The translations under genes and the position numbers were made by a program. From assembly GCF_030144855.1 (NCBI RefSeq), contig NC_082730.1, positions 15,190,001 to 15,254,000 on the forward strand: DNA of 64,000 bases, given 5' to 3'. The notes beneath the pieces were generated by a model that saw nothing but the letters and a program-made list of their open reading frames with translations, ran no database searches and was not told the origin of the DNA. Shown one piece after another: positions 24,781-33,636 of the stretch. Every line of letters begins with the position of its first letter. Position 1 is the first letter of the stretch. The DNA is from Hypanus sabinus (taxonomy: Eukaryota).

Positions 24781-26789
24781 AACTCAGAGTGAAGGACTCA
24801 ATGCTGTATAATGCATTTCCAAGTAACTATGTTCCAAGTCAAAGAAAGTATTTTGATTCATTAATATTAAAACAGTAAAACAAATGACCTTGTTCAGTGA
24901 TATTTGAAATTAGTGTAACCGAATCAGAGAAATTATGAAATAGTGATCAACAAAAAATTATATCATCACCGGTTCACTCCCTCTGACCTAGTTAGTTGCT
25001 TTAGTTTAGTTCAAAGCCTGAATACAAGTTTGTCTTTACCACACCACAAACCTCGAGATAAATTACCAGAACTCATAAGAACCATACAGAATACAATAGC
25101 ATCAGACAGAAATCCGATTCATGGTTCCTATAGTCAAATTTGTACATCTGACAATCTGCTTTCTCCAAGTTATTTAAGTAAATCTTGAGGACCAAGTAGG
25201 AAACTTTTAAACGTGGATCCTTCAAGTAGTTCATGATATCCATCTTCTGAGTATGAATAAGATTCTTTTTTTTTTGACTCTTTTTATTGAATCAATAGTT
25301 GGTTTTTAATCCATGCTACCACACCTCTCCAAGTATCATGAAGGCTAATAAATGCCTCAAAGATAATTTAACCTTCCAGAAACCATTTTGACTTCATTTG
25401 ATTAGACTAAGCTGCTTTAAATCACTAAATAATAATTCCTACATTACAGACTCCAGCATTTTGCCAAGAACACATGTTAAGCTGGTGGGAATCCAATACT
25501 TATTTTTGTCTTTCTGCCTTGGAGTCATGGAGTTTTACATCACTGAGGAAGGCCTTTTGGCCCAGCTTGCTCATCAAGTTGTCTACTTGAACTATTGTTG
25601 TTGTTCTACATTTCATGTGCATGCCCAGAAATCTTTCCAATCAATCTATCCATCCAAATGTTTTTTAATGTTGTGCTCTATTGCTTCTGGTAGTTTGTTC
25701 CATACACCACCCTCTGTGAAAAAGTTGTGGTTCAGATTCTTTTTAAATCTATTCCCTTCTACTTTAAAACTGTGTACTCTTGTACAGAGTTCAGACTCCC
25801 TTATATTGGGAAAAATGACTCTGATCTGGTAGTAGTCAGCCATCGATCCCAGGGCATCATGAGTTTGCCCCTCTGGTTGTCTGTGTCCTCTCAAGCCTGG
25901 GTGGCAAGATTTGAAGAACCGGCTGTTGTCCATGCAGCGAGTTCCCCCTCTCCATGTCACTGATGTAGTCAAAGGGAAGAGCAGGCACCAATACAGCTTG
26001 GCACCAGTGTCGTTGCAGAGGTTGCCCGAGTAAAGTTGTAAACAACATCAAATAGTCTTAGTAATCCTGGCTTCAGATTTTTTCCTCATAGTTTATTCCC
26101 GTAACCTTTCCCGTGGGCGGGTATGGCCTCAAGGCAGTGGAGGATTAAAATCAGTTTTCCTTCTCTTAAGCAGACTGCCAACCGAGGCTGATGAGCTCCA
26201 CCTGGCAAAAGTAACTGGTTTTGAGGCACCAGTGGTCCGCTTGTGTCCCTTCTCTTGTCAATAGAAACAGTTCCACTGGGCCTAGCAGCAAAGCGACGCT
26301 TGAAGGCCAAGAGTTGGACTTTGTTATCAGAGGCTGTTAGAGACATACACCATTTGGAGCACTTTTTAGTTAATGAGACCTTATTGCCACTTCCACCTCC
26401 ATCTATGACAAGCTTAGGTTGAACACCTTAATTACTCTCTGTAAAGACACCCCTCAAACTTGAACACTCAAAGAAAAAAGGCCCTGGCCTATCTGCTCTC
26501 TTTCTACATGAAAACTTTCCAGTCTCTGTAACAACCTTGTGAATCTATTCTGCATCTGTTCCAACTTAATTACATCCTTTGCACACAGGTCACAGAACTA
26601 CACACACTATTGCAAGTGCTTTCAAACCTGTCTCTTCTAAACTGTAAAATGACAGCATAACTCCTGAAGTCATTGCCTTGATGAATGACTGTAAGCAAAC
26701 CAAACATCATCTTCACCACCCAGTCTCTGTGTCTTCACTTTCAGGGAATTATGCATTTGTAACATTAGGTCCTGTGTTATATAACATTT

Positions 26790-27810
26790 TCACAGTCATC
26801 ACATGCAAAACTGGATTAGTGATAGGAATCAGAAAGTCGTGCTGGAGGGTTGTTTTTCATCCTGGAGGCCTGTGAGCAGTGGTGTGCTGCCGTGATCACT
26901 GCTGGGGCCACTGTTGCTCGTTATCTATGTTAACAATTTGGATAAGAATGTAACAGGCAGGTTATTAAATTAGTAGGTGAAATGAAAATTATGAACAAAT
27001 TTATCTAATAATACAACAGCATTTTTCAACAGGAAAAGTAGGCTGGGAAATGGAAGAGGAATTTAACCTGGACAATAGTGAAGTGTTACTTTTCAGAAGT
27101 TAAACAAGGACAGGGTTACACAGTAAATGGCTGGGACTGCAGAGTGTTGTAAGAACAATGAGACCTAAGTGTTGAAAGTACAAAGCTCTTCAAAAGTGCT
27201 CTGAGTTAAACATGGTAGTGAAAAAACCATTTGACACACTCGCCTTAATTGTTTAGAGGATAGAGAACGAGTTAGGATATCATGTTACAGCTGTACAAGT
27301 AATTGGGGAGTCTACAATTGGAGTATTGTGTGTAGATCTGGTCTCCAAGCTGCAGGAAGGATGCCCTTGAGCTGGAAAGATTACAAAAAGGTGTTGCCAG
27401 GACTGGAAGTGTTGAGTTAGTAGGAGAGGCTGGGTAGGCTGAGTTTTTTTTCTATGGAGGGTAGGATGCTGAGGGTTTGAGCTTATTGAGGAATAGATAT
27501 TCACGAGGGGAATTGATAATGTGGATGTTCACAGTATTATTTTCTATAGTGGTTTGGTCTAAAGGTAAAGGAAGAGAGGGGAAGGATATAACAAGAATCT
27601 AAGGAGAATGTTTCTAACACAGAGCGTAGTGGGTATATGGAATGAGTTGCTCAAGGAAGTGGTAGAAGTGGGTGCAGTAAAAATGAATAAAAGATTTCTA
27701 TGCCAGCACGTATATAGAAAAGGGAAATGGGACTAATACAACCAGGTGCACTAGCTCAGGCTGGTCAATGTGAATGAGTTGAGCTGAAGGGCCTGTTCCC
27801 ATACTGTATA
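26790..27810 (+). mobile_element. Old degenerate CR1 3' half
   Basis: Recognisable but stop-ridden VPQGS, KWQMEFN and LEYCVQFW-like remnants plus a CR1 3'UTR. Confidence 0.65.
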
Positions 27811-27857
27811 ACTCTCTGATGCTCAATGACATTTGTCTGACCAATATTAGAACAGGA

Positions 27858-28035
27858 ACAGAAGAGATTCTGCAGATGCTGGACAACAAGAGCAACATAT
27901 ACAAAATGGTGGAGGAAATCAGCAGGTCAGGCAGCATCTATGGAATTAAATCAACAGTTGATGTTTCAAGCAGAGACACTCATCAGAAATGTCAACAGTT
28001 TATTCATTTCCGTACATACTGCCAGACCCTGATGA
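27858..28035. mobile_element. Penelope-like pseudo-LTR remnants (head-to-head pair) with a hammerhead-type core
   Basis: Minus strand reads CTGATGAGTGTCTCTGCTTGAAAC..ATAGATGCTGCCTGACCTGCTG..CCAGCATCTGCAG. A second, +-oriented partial copy begins at about 27986. Confidence 0.65.
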
Positions 28036-28114
28036 GTGTGAGTTGCTTCAGATCCAGAGGACACAGTTTCAGACATGATGAGGGGTCTCTTTCTGAAGTT
28101 TATCAACTTGCTTG

Positions 28115-28115
<1 letters not shown>

Positions 28116-28153
<38 letters not shown>
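28116..28153. repeat. (CA)n microsatellite in the intron upstream of V1-type exons
   Basis: Seen directly; the inverted paralog has the mirrored (TG)n at about 29064-29084. Confidence 0.95.
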
Positions 28154-28156
<3 letters not shown>

Positions 28157-28210
28157 CTGGGATCTTTGTGGACATTTCAAAGGCAGCATAATGTGAAGTA
28201 ATTGAAAGTT

Positions 28211-28330
28211 CAACACTGCCGCTCTCCCTCAGTACTGCAATGGAAGGTCAGCCCTGGGTTTCTGCTCAGGACTCTGGAGTGGGAAGTGAACCCACAATGT
28301 ACTGACACAGGGGAGAGAGCACTGACACAG
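28211..28330 (-). mobile_element. tRNA-derived SINE head (SacSINE1/DeuSINE-like), left arm copy
   Basis: Reverse complement reads GTGTCAGTGCTCTCTCC..GTGGGTTCACTTCCCACTCCAGAG..CAGTACTGAGGGAG with a B-box-like GGTTCAC. The family name is from recall and was not searched. Confidence 0.55.
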
Positions 28331-28485
28331 CAACAGCACTGACTGCACTTCACACCAAAATCATTGACTGTGGTGTCATGGACCACATACTGGACGTGAC
28401 CTGGACCTGTTTTCATCATCACGTTCCCAAATATTTTTGCATTACAATGCTCCTTTTCTCTCAAATCTAAAAATGCCTCCCTCAG

Positions 28486-28654
28486 TTTCAGATGCATTGT
28501 GGGCAGAGAAATCTGTAAGAGGACTTCTGGGAAGAGCGGTCACAATCGATTGTCACTATGAAGCAATGTTCCCCTCACACACAAAGTATTGGTGCCATAG
28601 ATGGATTCAACAGTGTTCAATTTTAGTGGAAACAAGTGGGCAACACAGATGGAT
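28486..28654 (+). pseudogene. Truncated V1-type exon (5' half only), fused to an inverted paralog
   Basis: Acceptor ctcag|tttcag|. Translation VSDALWAEKSVRGLLGRAVTIDCHYEAMFPSHTKYWCHRWIQQCSILVETSGQH then breaks off at the D strand, with no second Cys and no donor. Confidence 0.9.
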
Positions 28655-28719
28655 TGACAATCGATTGTGATCATTCTTCCCATAACTCCTCTTACATATT
28701 TCTCTGCCCACAATGCACC
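28655..28719 (-). pseudogene. Start of a third V1-type exon on the minus strand (GALWAEKYVRGVMGRMITIDC), splice acceptor deleted
   Basis: Reverse complement of a V exon start. Compared with V1, the 16 nt GCTCCCTGAGTTTCAG containing both acceptor AGs are missing. Confidence 0.88.
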
Positions 28720-28867
28720 ATTTTCAGATTTGAGGGGAAAGGAACATCTTAATGCAATCAAATATTTTTGAACATGACGGTAATAACAAGTCCAGGTCAT
28801 GTCCAGCATGTGGTCCATGACACCACAGACAATGATTTTGGTCTGAAGTGCAGTCAATGCTGTTACT

Positions 28868-28986
28868 GTGTCAGTGCTCTCTCCCCTGTGTCAGTACATT
28901 GTGGGTTCACTTCCCACTCCAGAGTCCTGAGCAGAAACCCAAGGCTGACCTTCCACTGCAGTACTGAGGGAGAGCGGCAGTGTTGA
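28868..28986 (+). mobile_element. tRNA-derived SINE head, right arm copy
   Basis: Nearly identical inverted copy of 28211-28330. Confidence 0.55.
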
Positions 28987-29672
28987 CCTTTCAATTACTC
29001 CAGAACATGCCAGCCATTCAAATGTCCACAGAGATCCCAGCTATTTCATTTGAGATGCTCCCATGTGTGTGTGCGTGTGCGTGTAGACAAGTTTATAAAC
29101 TTCACAAAGAGACCCCTCATGATGTCTGAAACTGTGCCCTTTGGATCTGAAGCAAATTTTAAATATTGAACCTGTCAAGTATTCTACATGTAATTGGAAG
29201 GTGATGCAACAGTGGTCATTAGTACTTCAGTGTCTAGAGATCCAGGTGTGATTTCAGTAACTGTTGGGACACATTGAGCTCTGAAATCCAACTTATTATA
29301 TCTAGAATTATAAAATGATGTATTAATAATAATAATGATGAACCACATATCAATAATGATAATTTTCAACTACCAGACTGTCAAAATCCCATCTAGATCA
29401 GAAAGGTCTTTGGGGACAGAAATCTCTCATCCCTCCCCACTCTGGTTTACCTTTGACTCCAGACCAAGTAATGTTCTTTACTAATTGCCCCACTGGAATG
29501 TTCCAGGAAAGATACTGATTTCAAGACAATAACGTTGGTTGTCACACTGATCCCTGCAAAGTGAAATCAGATTCCAGCAATGGTAGAACTGATGTTCCTG
29601 CTCAGGGGATTTCTCCACGTGGACATATTCGCACCACACCTGGCTCAACACTGTTCCTCTTTTCTCCTTATC

Positions 29673-30292
29673 TGTGGGGGAAACAACTAAATATATCAAG
29701 GATGGGGTTAGAAGGGGAGGTGGGGCATTAATGGAAGTTAGAGAAGTCAATGTTAATGCCATCAGGTTGGAGGCTACCCAGCCGGTATATAAGGTGTTGT
29801 TCCTCCAACCTGAGTGTGGCTTCATCTTGACAGTAGAGGAGGCCATGGATAGACATATCGGAATGGGACGAGTAAGATTATTCCCCTCCTTTTTTTTTCC
29901 CTCTCTGCCCATCACTCTGCCTGTTCTCCATCTCCCTCTGGTGCTCCCTTCCCCCTTTCTTTCTCTCTAGTCCTCCCATCCCATGATCCATTCCCTTCCC
30001 CAGCTCTGCATCCCTTTTGCCAATCACCTTTCCAGCTCTCAGGGTCACCCCACCCCCTCCAGTCTTCTCCTATCATTTTGCATTTTCCCCTCCCCCTCCT
30101 ACTTTCAAATCTCTTACTATCTTTCCTTTCAGCTAGTCCTGACTAAGGGTCTCAGCCCGAAACATCCACAGTGCTTCTCCTTTTAGATGCTGCCTGGCCT
30201 GCTGTGTTGCACCAGCATTTTGTGTGTGTTGCTTGAATTTCCAGCATCTGCAGATTTCCTCGTGTTTGCAGAAAAAGCAATGTCCACAGCAT
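29673..30292 (-). pseudogene. Leader (signal peptide) exon of the inverted paralog, split by a Penelope-like insertion
   Basis: ATG CTG TGG ACA TTG CTT TTT CT at 30292-30270 and T AGT TGT TTC CCC CAC AG|ATAAGG at 29689-29666 rejoin to MLWTLLFLSCFP. This would precede (V)SGALW of the V exon. The donor looks like GTAAGG mutated to ATAAGG. Confidence 0.7.
29691..30269. mobile_element. Penelope-like element 3' fragment with an internal inversion
   Basis: 29691-29868 on the minus strand encodes HSDMSIHGLLYCQDEATLRLEEQHLIYRLGSLQPDGININFSNF (PLE GIY-YIG region C-terminus). 29876-30269 is the pyrimidine-rich 3'UTR/pLTR on +, ending CTGACTAAGGGTCTCAGCCCGAAAC..TCCAGCATCTGCAGATTTCCTCGTGTTTGC. Confidence 0.78.
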
Positions 30293-30430
30293 TTTAATCT
30301 CAGAGATCACACCAAGACCTGTCTGTCCTCAGAGAAATGAACGAAACAAAAATAAGGAAGAAGGCAGCAGGAAGTTTGATTTAAAAAAAAACTACAGTAA
30401 CACAATTGGTATGTGGTACATGACAATCTG
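30293..30430 (-). promoter_or_regulatory. Putative TATA-less haematopoietic promoter/5'UTR of the inverted paralog
   Basis: Immediately upstream of the leader ATG are an ETS/PU.1-type CAGGAAGT (30368-30375), AGGAAG (30355-30360) and a RUNX consensus TGTGGT (30412-30417). Activity is untested. Confidence 0.5.
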
Positions 30431-30431
30431 T

Positions 30432-32035
30432 AAACAAATTTTACAAAAAAATGCAAGCCCTTTGACACACAATGCTGTGCTGAACGTGTACGTACTTTAG
30501 AAATTACCTCAGATTACTAATAGCCCTCTATTTTTCTAAGCTCCATGGACCTATCCAGGAATCTCTTAAAAGACCCTATCATATCCACCTCCACCACTGT
30601 TCCACGTGGGGTCTGACCTGTGTCCTATATAGCTGTAAAATTATTTCTCAGCTCTTCAACTCAATCCCACGGTTGATGGGCAATTCCCCATATGCCGCCT
30701 TAACCACACAGCCAACCTGCGCAGCAACTTTGAGTATCCTATGGACCCGGAACCCACGACCCCACTGATCTTCCACACAAGAGTCTTGCCATTAATACTA
30801 GATTCTGCCATCATATTTGGCCTACAAAAATGAGCCACCTCACACTTATCTGCATTGAACTCCATCTGCCATTTCTCAGCCTGGTTTTGCATCCTATTGA
30901 TGTCCCTCTGTAACTTCTGACAGCCCTCGACTCTATCCACAACACCCCTAACCTTTGTGTCATCAACAAATTTACCAACCCAAACCTCACTTCCTCATCC
31001 AGGTGATTTATAAAAAACACGAAGAGAACAGATCCCTGAGGCACACCACTGGTCAACAACCTCCATCCAGAATATAACCGTCTACAACCATACTTTGCCT
31101 TCTGTGTGCAAGCCAGTTCTGGATCCATAAAGCAAGGTCCCCCTTGGATCACATGCCTCCTTACTTTCTCTTTAAGCTTTGCATGGGGTACCTTGTCAAA
31201 TGCATTGCTGAAATCCATATACACTACATCTACTGCTTCACCTTCATCAATATGTTTAGACACATCCTCAAAAAATTCAATTAGGCTTTCAAGACACAAC
31301 ATGGCTTTGTCAAAGGCTATTCATAATCATATGATGCATCTCCAAATGTTCATTAATCCTGCCTCGCAGGATCTTCTCCATCAACTTACCAACCACTGAA
31401 GTAAGACTCAGTGGTCTATAATTTCCTGAGCTAACTCTACTCCCTTTCTTGAATAAAGGAACAACATCTGCAACCTTACAATCTTCTGGAAACTCTCCCA
31501 TCCTCATTGATGATGCAAAGATCATTGCCAGAGGCTCAGCATTCTCCTCTCTCGCTTCCCACAATAGACTAGGGTATATCTCGTCCAGTCCTGGTGACTT
31601 AACCAACTTGATGCTTTCCAAAAGCTCCAGCACATCCTTTTGCTTAATGTCTATATGCTCAAGCTTTTCAGTCCAGGGTAAGTCATCCCTACAATCACCA
31701 AGATCCTCTTCCGTAGTGAATACTGAAGCAAGGTATTCATTAAGTACCTTCGCTCCCTCCTCCGGTTCCATACACACTTTTCCACTGTCACACTTGATTG
31801 GTCCTCTTGCTCCTCACATACTTGTAGAATTCCTTGGGGTTTTCCTTAATCCTGCTCACCAAGGCCTTCTCATGGCCCCTTCTGGCTCTCCTAATTTCAT
31901 TCCTAAACTCCTTCCTGCTAGCCTTATAATTTTCCAGATCTCTATCATTACCTAGTTTTTTAAATCTTTCATAAGCTTTTCTTTTCTTCATGACTAGATT
32001 TTCAACTGCCTTTGTACACCATTGGTGCCTGTAGT
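30432..32035 (-). mobile_element. CR1 LINE, orthologous to 6105-6890 in the duplicated block, with a different internal deletion
   Basis: KSPGLDEIYPSLLWEARE, VVPLFKKG and DVVYMDFSNAFDKVPH motifs. It has the same junction with the C2-upstream intron as at about 6880-6960. Confidence 0.88.
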
Positions 32036-32176
32036 CTACCATCCTTACCGTCTTCGAACGCACCTGTGATATTTGCATTAATGACCACGTGAAAATTTAT
32101 AACTAATAAAGTGGCAGAAGAATGTTTGACTAACAGATGCTCATTCAGAGTCTGAATGTTTAATTGTTTCCCACAG

Positions 32177-32497
32177 AACCTGTGTCTGTTCCTGTGGTTC
32201 GATATCTGTCACCAGCAAATGTCTCACGTCTCGGGGGCTCAGTGTCAGTTTCCTGTGAGTCCTTCCAGGGATCCCTTCCCATTCAGTACAGATGGTATGA
32301 ACAAACCTCATCTGGGCATCCAAAGATCTCAGATACCAATGAACTGACTCTACGTTGTCAATCCTTCAACCACACACACCATCAATATTACTGCAGAGCC
32401 TTGAATCGGCTTGGAGCAAGATCCAGTGCAATGGTTAATGTGACCGTCTTCAACAACGGAGGGATCTGCAGTTATGTGACAGAAATCAGTGGCACCA
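32177..32497 (+). CDS. Exon C2b: FCRL-type C2 domain, paralog of C2a, open frame
   Basis: Acceptor tttcccacag|, donor |gtaagt, 321 nt, phase 1-1. By manual count 22 of 107 residues differ from C2a. Confidence 0.9.
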
Positions 32498-32899
32498 GTA
32501 AGTTCTCTTCTCAAGGGAGGATACATTTAAATATTTAGTTATGTTACTCTGTTACTGCTGCTCTTATACTTTTAGTGAGAGTAAGGAATTTCTTTGCATT
32601 TGTACAAGTTGCTCATTGCAGCCTCTGTGAGGCGTAAATGAAGTGCAGTGATCAGCTAAGTCTGGCACTTCCTCCAGGAAGAAGTAGAGCATCTCAAACA
32701 TAGTTGTACTTGCATGTCCAGATAAATTGAGAGCATTCCTTTCATACTTGTCTCTATGGTTTGAAAAGACTAGAATAGGTGTTGAGTTGTGAGACAGTGA
32801 CACTCTCATAAAAGCAAAAGTATCAACTTATAATATTGCAAATCTTGTTTGGAATGACGGAAATTTGGCAATGTCAGGGGGCACGCTTGAGTGTGGTTG

Positions 32900-33636
32900 T
32901 GTCAGGAAGGGGGGCCGGATGGACCCAAATGCAGGACGCAGACACTGAAGTACTAGGAGGAGGACAGGATGGGGATGCCAAGGCATTTAAGGGTTAATGC
33001 AGGCGGGGCTGGATCCAAGAGTTCAGATGAGGCAGGCGGGCAGAAGGATCCCACAGTTCGGGGCAGGCAGACAGATTCCTCATGGTGGGCCGCAGGGATC
33101 CCGGGCAGGGCTGCCTCCCAGGCGGGAACACAAAAGCCTGGGCCAGTCGCGGACACCTGGGTAGGTACGGGGCACAACCCTTAGGGAGCAATAGGTGGAA
33201 GGGGCAGAACCCCCGCCGGGCAGCAGCAGTCCAGCCGGACCTGTCCAATAGAGGCAACGAGTAGGAGGGGCAGAACCCCCGCCGGGCAGTGGCAGTCCAG
33301 CCGATTCCACCCAATGGAGGTAATGGGTAGCAAGCTGGGACCAGCGCACAGGAGAGAAGCAGGGGAACAAGACCAACTGGATAGAGCATATACAGAACAG
33401 TCCAGCAACCAGGGCAGACCAGGATACAGAACAAAATGACCACCCGCCCTGTCTCTGTCCCACGGCCCCTTATAACCACCTGCAGCTGAATTGGCCACAG
33501 GTGTGCCTCCTTGATCCAGGATCATCTTAACAGGATCAAAGGGGCCGAGAGGGACAGCTGTAAGGCCCGGAGTCCGGAGCACTCAGACCGGATCGAGACC
33601 CGGAACGTGGATTACGGACCGGACTGGATCCTGACA
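32900..33636 (-). mobile_element. Solo LTR present only in the second block
   Basis: TGTCA...TGACA termini with TSD GGTTG at 32895-32899 and 33637-33641. The empty site gtgtGGTTGctatt is at about 7761-7775. Confidence 0.9.

Noticed and set aside
28043-29155. Fold-back as a read-chimera or assembly artefact
   Set aside because: The arms differ by many substitutions, a 16-nt deletion and different microsatellites, which a single-molecule fold-back would not produce. Long-read confirmation is still advisable.
29526-29582. Possible + strand 57-nt stalk-like exon (DNNVGCHTDPCKVKSDSSN)
   Set aside because: It has a weak acceptor, no paralog in block 1, and lies in the intron of the inverted paralog.
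30421-30428. TGACAATC repeated at both ends of the inverted segment as a TSD
   Set aside because: The sequence to the right does not resume the V exon, so it is not an insertion duplication. It may be chance.
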